Assembly: GCA_038205935.1 (NCBI GenBank)
Contig: JBBRBK010000018.1
Coordinates: 1 to 33,648 of the forward strand
Length of the DNA: 33,648 bases
Direction: 5' to 3'
DNA from: Campylobacterales bacterium
GTDB lineage: Bacteria > Campylobacterota > Campylobacteria > Campylobacterales > Sulfurimonadaceae
Positions within the stretch are counted from its first letter, which is position 1. The number at the start of each line of letters is the position of its first letter. The notes under the pieces were generated by a model. That model was not told the origin of the DNA. It was given only the letters and a program-made list of their open reading frames with translations, and searched no databases. This document shows positions 1 to 9,768 of the stretch, one piece after another. A program made the position numbers and the translations under genes.

Positions 1-1435
1 CTACTAGAGCATTATAGGATGCAGATAAGCTTTTAGCAGAACCTATACGAAGTTTTTGTGTGGCATCATCCACTATTAATATAGAGCATTTGACTCCCGG
101 TGACTGCTTTTCAACAAAGAGGGCAATGGCATCAAGATGTTTTTCCATTTCCATATCAAGGGCTAAAGTCTTTAAGAGTTCCAACTGTGAATCCAGTCTG
201 CTTTCTCTTCTTTTTTTCTCTGTAATATCAGCATAATACACCAGAAGAAAGGGTTTTTCTCTCATTGCAACCGCAGACATATTCACAAGAACATCAAAAA
301 GCGATCCGTCTTTTCGACGATGAACCGTAGTAAATTCCAAGTGTCCTTCGTGTAATGCTTTTTCCATACGATGATTGGTCTCTTCTAGTGTATCAATAGT
401 CTTTAAGTCACTGATTTGTATGTGTGAAAACTCATCATCAGTATATCCATGCTGTTGTGCAACAATATGATTAAACTCTACAATCTGATGTGTCTCTAAA
501 TCGATAAGAGTGATTCCCTCAGGAAACATCTCAAATAATACTTTAAATTTTTTTTCACTTTCTACTAACTCTTCTTTATCTTGCAAAAGAAGATTGTAAT
601 TTTTTTCAAACTCAAGCAGTGTATTATTTTTATTCTCTATCTGATTTAATAAAAATTCAAAATAATTGCCATGGATAGCTCGTAAAAGCTCATAGCGTGT
701 CACTACTCCGATTAAACTTTCATGATTATCATCCATAACAATAAGTTGGTGCACACTATGCGCTTGCATAAGTCTTGCTGTTTCTACAAGAGAAGTACCT
801 ACATAAACTCTAGGAAAATCCGGCTTACAAAAATGCGCAGCTGTTTGACCTAGTGTATCATCTTCTAAAGATGAGGATTGAAGAATGTCGCGTTCAGTAA
901 TTAGCCCTATTGGATGTGTTTCTCTCATCACAACTGCGAAGTTACTCTGGGCTTCTGTCATACTTTGTGCTGCATGTATAAGGGTATCGTTTTCTTTTAT
1001 GATGACGAAAATCTTATTCATCACATCCTTGACACTTTTACTGTATAACACATTATCAAAACCAATATGGCGAAGAAAATCTCCCTGAGTTACAACACCG
1101 GCAAGCTTATCCTCATCATCCACAACAATCAAATGTCGATACCCTTTACTAGACATCAGAATATATGCATCATGAATTTCATCATGAATATTTCCCCTAC
1201 AAAGATCAGCTCCCATGACTTCACGCAAGCTACTTTGCGGACTGATATGGCCGGAGAGAACTTTGAGCATATCATGTTCTGTAAATATTCCTATGGGAAT
1301 ATTTACATCATTGACAATGATGATGGAACTCAGTTGATCCTGTGTCATGATCTCCAGGGCATAAGAGACTAATAGATCAGGAGATAAAGTAGTAACTTGT
1401 GAGGTTAGAATCGAGGATAAGGCTGTCGGATACAT
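1..1435 (-). CDS. CBS-domain / PAS / GAF signalling protein, running off the window start (output domain not visible; possibly GGDEF/EAL or kinase)
   Basis: Absent from the ORF track because no stop lies in the window. Spot translation from ATG at 1435 gives MYPTALSSILTSQVTTLSPDLLVSYALEIMTQDQLSSIIIVNDVNIPIGIFTEHDML (CBS). Later come HRRKDGSLFDVLVNMSAV...YADITEKK (PAS/PAC) and LFVEKQSPGVKCSILIVDDATQKLRIGSAKSL (GAF start). Confidence 0.8.
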   Translation of the reverse strand, partial: MYPTALSSILTSQVTTLSPDLLVSYALEIMTQDQLSSIIIVNDVNIPIGIFTEHDMLKVLSGHISPQSSLREVMGADLCRGNIHDEIHDAYILMSSKGYRHLIVVDDEDKLAGVVTQGDFLRHIGFDNVLYSKSVKDVMNKIFVIIKENDTLIHAAQSMTEAQSNFAVVMRETHPIGLITERDILQSSSLEDDTLGQTAAHFCKPDFPRVYVGTSLVETARLMQAHSVHQLIVMDDNHESLIGVVTRYELLRAIHGNYFEFLLNQIENKNNTLLEFEKNYNLLLQDKEELVESEKKFKVLFEMFPEGITLIDLETHQIVEFNHIVAQQHGYTDDEFSHIQISDLKTIDTLEETNHRMEKALHEGHLEFTTVHRRKDGSLFDVLVNMSAVAMREKPFLLVYYADITEKKRRESRLDSQLELLKTLALDMEMEKHLDAIALFVEKQSPGVKCSILIVDDATQKLRIGSAKSLSASYNALV

Positions 1436-1498
1436 TTTCAAATTTCACTTCTTACGATTTTTTAGTCTATTATGCCATAAATATAGTTTTTAACCACC

Positions 1499-2491
1499 TC
1501 AGAACTGATAGGAGTAGAGTAATCCTCCAAAGATATCAACCTCTTTTTGCTCCATAAGATAGGAAGATTGCGCCTGATACATCAGGGTGAGTTTATGCGC
1601 TCCATAACAAAGATCTGTTCCAAGATATGCCGAAGCGTTTAGAGGATTGAGCGTCGTTTGATATCCAAGTTTTGTCGCCGCATCAAAGGGATAGAGATAA
1701 GCAACAGCTTCAACATTTAGTCCCGCACTCACAGACCAGCCAAAACCTTTATGAGGCTTGTCTACATGTAAGAAAGAAGCCTCCTCTCGAAGATAAGGAT
1801 AGTGAACATTGAAGTTTTCAGTATAGTTGTGTCCAAAACGAAATATTGTGCTTGCAAATGCATCTGTCACATAGTTTCCGACCTGAACACCCGCTTGATT
1901 GAACCAATCCATATTATGACCATCAGCAGTCTGTTTTATCCAACTTTTTTCTCCATAGCGATAAAGAGCATTAACAACATAATGAGTCCCGAGTTGAGTA
2001 TCCCATCCTTCTGGCGATGCTTCATTCAAGAGGCTGTGAAATCCATGTTGCAAATTTTTGGCACCAGACTCAGGACCGATGACTCCTAGATCAAGCCGGT
2101 ATTCTTTAAAAGTTTTTTGATCCCACTCAAACTCAAAAAGTGAAAGTGCTAAATAGCCGGCATAAGGCATATCGTTGTATTGAACAGTTTTTTTGGTTGT
2201 ATCTTTTGGAGTGAGCATGATCTGACTTATGCTTGCACCTGCTGTGTAATGCTTGTATTGGTCAACGTCCACAAAAGGGATTGCACTTACAACTTTTAAC
2301 AAAAGATGACTATAGAGCGGAGTGGCATTCGCATCATCTACAACACCATCACTATCCATCCAACTAAGAGCGACTCCATTGGTAAAATGCTTGTCCGTTT
2401 GAGCAAAATAATCATTATAAAACTGAAAGGCAAACTGGTCTGCATGAAGCGTTAACGTAAAGAAAAATCCAAGCCAAATAAAAACTTTCAA
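1499..2491 (-). CDS. Lipid A deacylase LpxR-family (DUF2219) outer-membrane protein
   Basis: Signal peptide; FYNDYF..DKHFTNG, QIMLTP, DMPYAGYL, LGVIGPES and GWDTQL motifs; C-terminal YSYQF barrel signal. Confidence 0.8.
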   Translation of the reverse strand: MKVFIWLGFFFTLTLHADQFAFQFYNDYFAQTDKHFTNGVALSWMDSDGVVDDANATPLYSHLLLKVVSAIPFVDVDQYKHYTAGASISQIMLTPKDTTKKTVQYNDMPYAGYLALSLFEFEWDQKTFKEYRLDLGVIGPESGAKNLQHGFHSLLNEASPEGWDTQLGTHYVVNALYRYGEKSWIKQTADGHNMDWFNQAGVQVGNYVTDAFASTIFRFGHNYTENFNVHYPYLREEASFLHVDKPHKGFGWSVSAGLNVEAVAYLYPFDAATKLGYQTTLNPLNASAYLGTDLCYGAHKLTLMYQAQSSYLMEQKEVDIFGGLLYSYQF

Positions 2492-3570
2492 AATAGCCTC
2501 CCAATCTTTTTAAACCCTATATAATACAAGATCAATCCTAAAATCAACACACCAAAATAATAAGGGTAAAGATCAAAAAATGAAGTGCCTCTGTAAAAAA
2601 TACTCTCACTTCCCTCGATATAATAGCGAAGCGGAGAGAAAAATGAAAGCACCTGAAAAAATGGATGCATCGTATAAACTGGTGTCCATGCACCGCTTAA
2701 AAAGATAAGAGGCATCATAATGATGATAGAAAACTGCGCGACTTGCATCACATCTTTTGCGATGGCGGCGACAAAAAGTCCTATCCCCGCACTTGAAAAA
2801 GTGTATAAAAAAGTCAAAAATATAAAACTCCAAAACGAACCGTTCATTGGGGTATCAAACATACCAAAAATGACAAATCCAAGGCTCAGTATCACACCGC
2901 CCATAACGATGATTACCTGAGAGAGAGTCTTTGCTAGAATGGTGAGTTTTGCGTCTATTGGCATCAAAAGCATAATATCCCATGTACCGTCTTCTTTCTC
3001 TTTGACAAAAACTATCGCCGTTAAGATGACGACAAGCATCGTAATGAGTGAGAGCAGTTCTGAAAGCGCCATAAAGGATTTATTATCAGAGTTTTGGTTG
3101 AAAAGTTTATGGATTTTAAGCTCTAGCGGAATTTGAATATCCTCAAAAGAGAGCAAAATACTCTGAAGATACATCAAGGTTGTAAAGCCTTGAGAAGCGG
3201 ATGTGGCATCGAGCAAGACATTGAGTTGAGTATTTTTTTTCTCACGATAGAGTTTTTCAAAATCGTTATCAAACACAAGCCCGACCATTATCTCTTTATT
3301 GTAAATCGCGTTGCTGAGTTCTCTTTGGGAATTAAAATGTACTGGAGCTACAAACTCCGGAGTATGAAGATTTGATAAAATCTTTTTGCTGATCCCTCCA
3401 CCGCTGTTATCTACATACCCTACTGCCACATTTCTTGGCTCAATGTCGATCCCCTCACCCGCTACATAAATATCGATAGTAAAGGAGTATAAAACTACGG
3501 CTACAAGAGCAGCAGAACGCATAAAACTTTTGAGCTCTTTGAAAAGAATAGCAAAAAACACACTACTCAT
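2488..3570 (-). CDS. ABC-2 type permease (YhhJ/YbhR-like)
   Basis: KELKSF N-terminus, one TM, periplasmic domain, then several TMs; VKEKEDGTWDIMLLMP, FLSGAWTP and SPLRYY motifs. Confidence 0.85.
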   Translation of the reverse strand: MSSVFFAILFKELKSFMRSAALVAVVLYSFTIDIYVAGEGIDIEPRNVAVGYVDNSGGGISKKILSNLHTPEFVAPVHFNSQRELSNAIYNKEIMVGLVFDNDFEKLYREKKNTQLNVLLDATSASQGFTTLMYLQSILLSFEDIQIPLELKIHKLFNQNSDNKSFMALSELLSLITMLVVILTAIVFVKEKEDGTWDIMLLMPIDAKLTILAKTLSQVIIVMGGVILSLGFVIFGMFDTPMNGSFWSFIFLTFLYTFSSAGIGLFVAAIAKDVMQVAQFSIIIMMPLIFLSGAWTPVYTMHPFFQVLSFFSPLRYYIEGSESIFYRGTSFFDLYPYYFGVLILGLILYYIGFKKIGRLF

Positions 3571-4676
3571 CGCATCTCCTTTTTCAAAAACAGGGCACCA
3601 AGGCCAAGCAGTGCAACGACATATCCTATGAGAATAAAAAGATAAAGCACGATTTTAGGCGAATCAAATCCCTGCCCGATCAAAAACGTATCATATAAAA
3701 TATGGTTGTAGTACATAACAGGAAAGATATGTGCTTCCACCCAAGATGCACCTTGCATCGAAGAGATAGGCATAAGCATCCCAGAATACAAAAATGCCGG
3801 AAGAATCGTGATAATGACAGTAAGGACGACAGCAACAATCTGTCTTTTTGCGATGATGGAGATCAACATCCCGATGCTCAAACTTATAAGGATATAGACC
3901 TCACTCGAGATCCAGTAGAGAAAAAAACTTCCTCGAAATGGCACATGAAATAGATAGGTCGCCCAGATAAAAAGGATGAAAATATTCACTGAGTGAAGCA
4001 GAAAAACAGGTAAAAGCTTTGCGATAAGAAACTCCAACTTTCCGATAGGTGAAGCATAAAAGTTAAATATCGTGCCTTTCTCTTTCTCTTTTACGATCAA
4101 AAGAGCTGTAAGAATCGCGGGAGCCACAAGTAGTACAAGCCCGATCAACCCTGGAACGATGGCATCTTCATCGCGCATTGCCTGATTGAAAAGTGTTCTA
4201 GTGTTGAGTGTTATCATCGGTGCGTTTGTGGTCGCGGCACTCAGTATGACACCTTGCACATAATTTTGCATCGTACTTGCACGGTTTGCAAAAGCCGCAT
4301 CGATGAAAACGCCAAGCTCACTCTTTTGTCCCTTTAAAAGATTCTTTTCAAAAGAACTTGGGATGATAAGAACAATGTCACTTTGCGCTTTTTTGATTGC
4401 CTCGAGGGCCTCGGCTTCACTTTCATGCGTCAATGTTACATCAAAATATTTGGAGTGTGAGAACTTTGAGATCAGCTCAGAAGAGTATTTGGAGTTATCA
4501 CGGTCGATGATGCTGATCCTCGAGTGTGTCACATCCATCGCGATGCCATAGCCAAAGAGGATAGTCACCATAGTAGGCATCACGTAGACCATAATGATCA
4601 ATTTTGTTCGCACCAACTCAGTGAGCTCTTTTAATACAAAGGCTTTGATGACCGAGAATCTCACAAAATTTTTCAC
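3567..4676 (-). CDS. ABC-2 type permease (RbbA C-terminal half / YbhS-like)
   Basis: FGYGIAMDV...IIDRDNS...SKYF and VKEKEKGTIFNFYASP motifs; GTG start overlaps the ATPase stop (GTGA). Confidence 0.85.
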   Translation of the reverse strand: MKNFVRFSVIKAFVLKELTELVRTKLIIMVYVMPTMVTILFGYGIAMDVTHSRISIIDRDNSKYSSELISKFSHSKYFDVTLTHESEAEALEAIKKAQSDIVLIIPSSFEKNLLKGQKSELGVFIDAAFANRASTMQNYVQGVILSAATTNAPMITLNTRTLFNQAMRDEDAIVPGLIGLVLLVAPAILTALLIVKEKEKGTIFNFYASPIGKLEFLIAKLLPVFLLHSVNIFILFIWATYLFHVPFRGSFFLYWISSEVYILISLSIGMLISIIAKRQIVAVVLTVIITILPAFLYSGMLMPISSMQGASWVEAHIFPVMYYNHILYDTFLIGQGFDSPKIVLYLFILIGYVVALLGLGALFLKKEMR

Positions 4677-6319
4677 TCTTTATCTTTGTAAAACTCTAAA
4701 AAAATATCTTCAAAACTTTGTGCTTGTGGAAATCGTTCATATAGATTTAACACTGTATCATCGGCGACTTTTTGCCCATTTTTTAAAAGTACCACGCGAT
4801 CACAAAACTGTGCTTCGTTCATATAGTGAGTCGTGATAAGAATAGAGATGCCCCAAACCTCTTTAAGTTTCCCGAGTATCTGCCAAAACTGCGCACGAGC
4901 CAAAGTATCGACTCCACTTGTCGGTTCATCCAAAAACAGCACTAAAGGCTCATGTAAAAGAGCGGCTGCGATAGAAAAACGCTGATTGACTCCCAGTGGT
5001 AGCTCGTCTGCAAAACTATCCATATATTCAACAAATCCAAGTTCTTTTGCATACAAGGCGATGCGTGAAAGTGCTGTTTTTTTCTCGATGCGATGCATAC
5101 TAGCAAAATAAAGTAGATTCTCTTTGACACTCATATCTTTATACAATGCAAAATGCTGGCTCACATAGCCGATCTTAGATTTCAGTTCCTGTCTGTCTTT
5201 TCCGCTTTTTATGGGCTTTCCAAGAAGTGTGAGTTCTCCTCCATCGATGGAGTAAAGCCCCAAAAGCATCTTGATAAAAGTGGTCTTGCCCGCTCCATTT
5301 GCTCCAAGAAGACCAAGGATTTCACCCTTTTTAAGTTGCATATCTATATCTTTATTTGCGATAAATGAACCAAAGTGCTTACTCACACCATGACACTCCA
5401 TCACCACTTCAGGGATCACCTCATCATTTTCTTTTTTGTTGATGACAAACTCCGCAATATTTTTATTCTCTTTAAGTGCATTGACAAAGAAAAGTCCCTC
5501 TAAAGTCGGCTCTTTTAAAGCGCTTTGCAAAGGAGTTAAAGAGTAGCTCGTCTCATCAAAATTCAAAGAATTTTCATCCTTATATAATAGGCTTTTTTCA
5601 TAGACAAACGGTCGGATAGAGTCAATAAGCTCAGCCGATGTTCCGCTGGCAATAACTTTTGAATTATGAAAAAGCAGCACTCTGTCCATCTTGGAAGCCT
5701 CTTGCATGTAAGCCGTGCTCACAAGAATAATCGTGCCCTCTTCTTTTGCAATGTTGCGCAATATCTCCCAAAGTTCAAGGCGGCTAAGCGGATCAACTCC
5801 AGTTGTGGGTTCATCAAGAATTAAAAGCTTTGGACGGTGTAAAAGGGCGCAGATAAGTGAGAGTTTTTGCATCATACCACCGCTAAGATTCATCGCTTGT
5901 CTGTCTACAAATTCACTAAGACCTGACATATGCAAAAGCTGTTTTTTATACGCAAGAAACTCAGCATCTTTTTTCAAATCTCGCAGATCAGCAAAAAATC
6001 TTAAATGCTCATCCACCGTGAGCGTATCATACAAAACAAGACCGATTCCCTGAGGCATAAATCCGGTGTGTATTTTTATCTTCTCTGCTTCTTTTGGAGA
6101 GTGATAGCTCTGCCCGAGATAAGAGATCTCTCCACTAAATCGTACTACCCCAGCAATCGCTTGCATCAAAGAGCTTTTTCCCGCACCATCAGCACCAATA
6201 AAACCGATGATCTCACCGCTCGTTGCCTCAAAACTCACATCGCTGATGACAGTTTTATCTTTATAACGAACACTCACACCGCTTACATGTAAAGCGTCCA
6301 TAAGATGTAAATCAGCCAT
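4673..6319 (-). CDS. Tandem-domain ABC ATP-binding protein (RbbA N-terminal / YbhF-like)
   Basis: Two Walker A motifs (GADGAGKS, GANGAGKT), signatures LSGGM and LPLGV, Walker B LILDEPTTGVDP and LFLDEPTSGVD. Confidence 0.9.
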   Translation of the reverse strand: MADLHLMDALHVSGVSVRYKDKTVISDVSFEATSGEIIGFIGADGAGKSSLMQAIAGVVRFSGEISYLGQSYHSPKEAEKIKIHTGFMPQGIGLVLYDTLTVDEHLRFFADLRDLKKDAEFLAYKKQLLHMSGLSEFVDRQAMNLSGGMMQKLSLICALLHRPKLLILDEPTTGVDPLSRLELWEILRNIAKEEGTIILVSTAYMQEASKMDRVLLFHNSKVIASGTSAELIDSIRPFVYEKSLLYKDENSLNFDETSYSLTPLQSALKEPTLEGLFFVNALKENKNIAEFVINKKENDEVIPEVVMECHGVSKHFGSFIANKDIDMQLKKGEILGLLGANGAGKTTFIKMLLGLYSIDGGELTLLGKPIKSGKDRQELKSKIGYVSQHFALYKDMSVKENLLYFASMHRIEKKTALSRIALYAKELGFVEYMDSFADELPLGVNQRFSIAAALLHEPLVLFLDEPTSGVDTLARAQFWQILGKLKEVWGISILITTHYMNEAQFCDRVVLLKNGQKVADDTVLNLYERFPQAQSFEDIFLEFYKDKE

Positions 6320-7469
6320 TTTTTTTGCCTATGATGAAAAAGACTAACGTAATGCACATGGTGAAAATCAACGAAAGTGCGAGAGAGAGATCCATCCCGT
6401 ACTTCTGCCAGATCACTCCAAAAATATACGCACCCACCGCACCAAAAAGTGCCACACAGGCATAGAAAACACCAAAGACCAAGCCTTTGTTGTCAGCATT
6501 TTTCGCGATAAGAGAACGGTTTGCGTTGAGCGAGATAACGGTAAAAAGTCCTAAAAAACCATACGCGATCCATGTAAATAAAGGTGTCTGCAGATACAAA
6601 AAAAACTGAGACAATACTCCGCTTATATACGCAAAACCCATCACTTTTTTAACCCCTATTTTATCGCTCAAGATACCAAAATAATAGCTTGTCAAACCCT
6701 GTGTTGTCGTCGAGACGATAAATAAAAGAGGGATAATAAGGGTTGCTATGCCTATATTTTTAGCTTCCATAGCAAAAAAAGCACTATCGAGTGCGAACAT
6801 AGAAAACAGAAAGTAAAAAAGCAGTTGTGAGATGGTTTGTTTATCATTTGGTGTTAGTTTTAAAGAGAGATCAGCAACCCTCTGTGAATTTTTTTGGATA
6901 TCTTTTACAAAAAAGAGTACTACGAAAACTCCAAGGATTCCAGGAATTAAAGTGGCAAAAAAAACATTTCGCATCACCGTTTCATTTTGTCCAAAAAAGT
7001 AAAGCATCAAAAATAAAAAAAGTGCACCACTGAGTTCTCCTGCGAGATCAAGCGTCTTGTGAAAACCAAAGGTTTTGCCAGAACTCTCTTTTTGGCTGTA
7101 ACTGGAGATTAAAACATCTTTTGGAGCAGAACGCACCCCTTTTCCAAAGCGCTCTGCACTTCTTAAAATCCCCACAGCGATATAATCATGAGCAAATCCA
7201 AAAAGAGGCTTACTCAGCGCCGAGAGGATATATCCGCCCACGACCAAAGGTTTGACAAGCCCAAAGCGATCGGCAATGTAACCAGAAACGACGCGAAGTC
7301 CATAAGAGATAAAAGTTGCAACAGCGACGATAAGCCCAAGTTTATCCATCCCCTCATGTAACACAGTAACAACAAAAATGGGCAATATAGGAGTTATCAT
7401 CGCCGATGCAAAATCGGTAAAATAACTCACAAGTCCGAGCATTACCACATTTTTATTGATCGTTTTCAT
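6312..7469 (-). CDS. MFS transporter
   Basis: About 12 hydrophobic segments; MFS motif A GYIADRFG and its repeat GILSDKIG; ERFGKGVRSAPKD. Confidence 0.85.
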   Translation of the reverse strand: MKTINKNVVMLGLVSYFTDFASAMITPILPIFVVTVLHEGMDKLGLIVAVATFISYGLRVVSGYIADRFGLVKPLVVGGYILSALSKPLFGFAHDYIAVGILRSAERFGKGVRSAPKDVLISSYSQKESSGKTFGFHKTLDLAGELSGALFLFLMLYFFGQNETVMRNVFFATLIPGILGVFVVLFFVKDIQKNSQRVADLSLKLTPNDKQTISQLLFYFLFSMFALDSAFFAMEAKNIGIATLIIPLLFIVSTTTQGLTSYYFGILSDKIGVKKVMGFAYISGVLSQFFLYLQTPLFTWIAYGFLGLFTVISLNANRSLIAKNADNKGLVFGVFYACVALFGAVGAYIFGVIWQKYGMDLSLALSLIFTMCITLVFFIIGKKNG

Positions 7470-8617
7470 ATCTTGGGAATCTGGCTTAGTGATGTCGGCA
7501 AACCGATCCCATCAAGCGAAACTATGCCAATGGCTGGAATACCGAGTTTTAAAATAGGCTCTACATGTAAAGGTTTAAGATGTACAGCGTAGACCCTTTG
7601 GATACGGTCACTTCGAACACTCACCTCTTTTGGAGTGAATTCTGCGTCTTGGGCAACTCTAGCGACCACAGCTTCTATCGGTTTGTCTGGATAAGCATCT
7701 AAAAATATCACGGCCTTATCACCCACTTTTATCTTGCCGTTTTGCATCGTATCGACAAATATTTTGAGATACAAACTTTTTGGATCTATCAGTGTTGCTA
7801 CAACCATTCCAGAGTTTAACACCTCACCTTGATTGGCAATTTTTTCTATAACAAAACCATCCACGGGAGATTTGAGAGTCATATCATCTATCATGATTTG
7901 TGCGCGATCTTTACTTGCTTGAAGCGAAGCGATATTTCTCTTAGCCGCTTCTACATTTGCCTCTAATGCAGGAATTTTTTTACTCTGAGACTCTGAGAGT
8001 GCAAGGTTTGAGCGGGCGATATCGATATTTTTTTGTGCTTGGGAAATTCTTTGAGATTGGGAAGAATAACTGTTTTTTGAACTTTGTGATTTTAGTTTTA
8101 CATATTCATAGCTCTGCTGACTTATAAGGCTTTTATCAAAAAGAGAACTGTTACGAGCAAGATCTCTTTCATCTTGCTCCATCTGCTCTTTTTGTGTACC
8201 AAGAGAGTCTTCTAAATCTTTTTTTTGTGCGATGGCGACGAAGAGAGCATTTTGCGCTTTTGCTATCTCAAGAGGTACGCTCTCTTTTGTTATCGCACTG
8301 TTTTGGATCAATGCTTCAAGTGAGGCCTTAGCTGAAGCGATACCATCACCAAGAGAGCGAAGCTGGGCCTCATCTTCATCACTTTGAAGGATGGCGACAT
8401 TATCATCTTTTTTGATACTTTGACCATCTTGGACAAAAATTTGATCTATCCGTCCTGCGTATTTTGTGTTGAGCGCGATAAGATCGCCATCTACGTTTCC
8501 AGATGCTGCGACAAGATTCGAAGGAAGTTTAAGAGGAGTTAGTTTTGTGTAGATTAAAAAAACTGCACCAATGAGTAAAAAGAAGACAAGCACATAGATT
8601 CCATATTTTTTTATCAT
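7466..8617 (-). CDS. HlyD-family periplasmic adaptor (YhiI/YbhG-like)
   Basis: N-terminal anchor, lipoyl half-motifs (KYAGRI..IFVQDGQ, LKSPVDG), coiled coil, AEFTPKEV motif; RBS AAGGAG. Confidence 0.88.
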   Translation of the reverse strand: MIKKYGIYVLVFFLLIGAVFLIYTKLTPLKLPSNLVAASGNVDGDLIALNTKYAGRIDQIFVQDGQSIKKDDNVAILQSDEDEAQLRSLGDGIASAKASLEALIQNSAITKESVPLEIAKAQNALFVAIAQKKDLEDSLGTQKEQMEQDERDLARNSSLFDKSLISQQSYEYVKLKSQSSKNSYSSQSQRISQAQKNIDIARSNLALSESQSKKIPALEANVEAAKRNIASLQASKDRAQIMIDDMTLKSPVDGFVIEKIANQGEVLNSGMVVATLIDPKSLYLKIFVDTMQNGKIKVGDKAVIFLDAYPDKPIEAVVARVAQDAEFTPKEVSVRSDRIQRVYAVHLKPLHVEPILKLGIPAIGIVSLDGIGLPTSLSQIPKI

Positions 8618-8640
8618 TTGGACTCCTTATTTGGAGCTTT

Positions 8641-8649
8641 AGTATAGCA
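8641..8649 (-). promoter_or_regulatory. Putative extended -10 promoter (TGCTATACT) of the ABC/MFS operon
   Basis: TGn-TATACT on the minus strand about 24 nt upstream of the ATG at 8617. Confidence 0.5.
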
Positions 8650-8688
8650 TAGACTCAGCAAAGATGGAGATTAAAAAAATTCATATTA

Positions 8689-8730
8689 TTGTCATATGTC
8701 AAAATATAGCGACAGCAAAAAGTATATAAT
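8689..8730 (+). promoter_or_regulatory. Crp/Fnr-family box (TTGTC-ATAT-GTCAA) plus -10 TATAAT upstream of the hemerythrin/PAS gene
   Basis: Near-palindromic TTG-N8-CAA at 8689-8702 and TATAAT at 8725-8730. The box centre is about -41.5 if transcription starts near 8737. Confidence 0.55.
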
Positions 8731-8756
8731 CTCACAATCACAGATCAAGGAAAATT

Positions 8757-9740
8757 ATGAGCGAATTTTTAGGGCAAGATAAATCTTCAAATATGCCAGA
8801 AGGTCATCCGGTACAAGTTTATCTAGATGAAAACAGATTAATAAGAGAAATAATCTCAAAAATCAGAAAGATAAATATAGTAGATCAGAACGAAGAGTTT
8901 ACAAAACTATTTGATAAACTTTGTCTTGTTGAAAAACATTTTGCTAGAAAAGAAAATCAACTTTTTCCCTATTTGGAAAAATATGGCTGGACAAGTCCAA
9001 GTCAGAACATGTGGGCCTTTCATGATCAAATTAGAGATGAGATTAAAGCTGTTCGTAGTGCGATCAAAGCAGAAAATATCCTTAGTATAAGTCAAAATCT
9101 TCAACTAGTTTTTAGTAGTTTAGAGCATATTATGGAAGTGGAAGAACAAAGACTTTTACCCAGAGCTTTTGATATGTTAAGTGCAGATGAGTGGATAGAA
9201 ATGAGAGTTGGAGAAGAGGAGATAGGTTGGATGTTTGATGAAGCACCTCCAGCATTTCCTGCCATTACAGAGGAAGAGTATATCCATCCAAGCCAAGATA
9301 CTTCAAGAAGAAAACTCCCTTTCTCTCTTGAAAACAGAATCAATCTTGATGAGGGATATATGTTGCCTGAGCAAATAAATTGGCTACTCAAATTTATGCC
9401 TGTAGATATCACCTATGTTGATGAAAATGATATCGTTATCTTTTACAATCGCGGTGATGACAGAGTGTTTCCAAGAAGTGCAGGAATCATAGGAAGGGAA
9501 GTAAAATTTTGTCACCCTCCAAAAAGTGTGGGTCAGGTACTCCTAATACTTAGAGAGTTTAAAGCCGGTCGAAGAGACGAAGCAGAGTTTTGGATAGAGT
9601 TTAAAGGGAAATTTATTCACATCAGATATTTTGCCATCAGAGATGATGAGGGCACATACAAAGGAGTTATAGAAGTAAGTCAAGATGTTACCCATATCAG
9701 AGGACTACAAGGTCAACAAAGATTACTTGACTGGGAATAA
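8757..9740 (+). CDS. DUF438-related hemerythrin-like + PAS domain protein
   Basis: GHPV, HFARKENQLFPYLE, MWAFHDQIR and HIMEVEEQRLLP (His/Glu helices); C-terminal PVDITYVDEND...CHPPKS...YKGVIEVSQDVT (PAS_10-like); RBS AAGGA. Confidence 0.85.
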   Translation: MSEFLGQDKSSNMPEGHPVQVYLDENRLIREIISKIRKINIVDQNEEFTKLFDKLCLVEKHFARKENQLFPYLEKYGWTSPSQNMWAFHDQIRDEIKAVRSAIKAENILSISQNLQLVFSSLEHIMEVEEQRLLPRAFDMLSADEWIEMRVGEEEIGWMFDEAPPAFPAITEEEYIHPSQDTSRRKLPFSLENRINLDEGYMLPEQINWLLKFMPVDITYVDENDIVIFYNRGDDRVFPRSAGIIGREVKFCHPPKSVGQVLLILREFKAGRRDEAEFWIEFKGKFIHIRYFAIRDDEGTYKGVIEVSQDVTHIRGLQGQQRLLDWE

Positions 9741-9746
9741 GATATA

Positions 9747-9767
9747 CAAGGAGCTTTATGCTCCTTG
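9747..9767. terminator. Hairpin between convergent genes (probable bidirectional terminator)
   Basis: CAAGGAGC-TTTAT-GCTCCTTG, a perfect 8-bp stem between the stops at 9740 and 9769; U-tracts are weak. Confidence 0.6.
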
Positions 9768-9768
9768 A

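Noticed and set aside
885..1372. Plus-strand ORFs 885-1088 and 1067-1372
   Set aside because: Antisense shadows of the CBS-PAS-GAF gene; no motifs.
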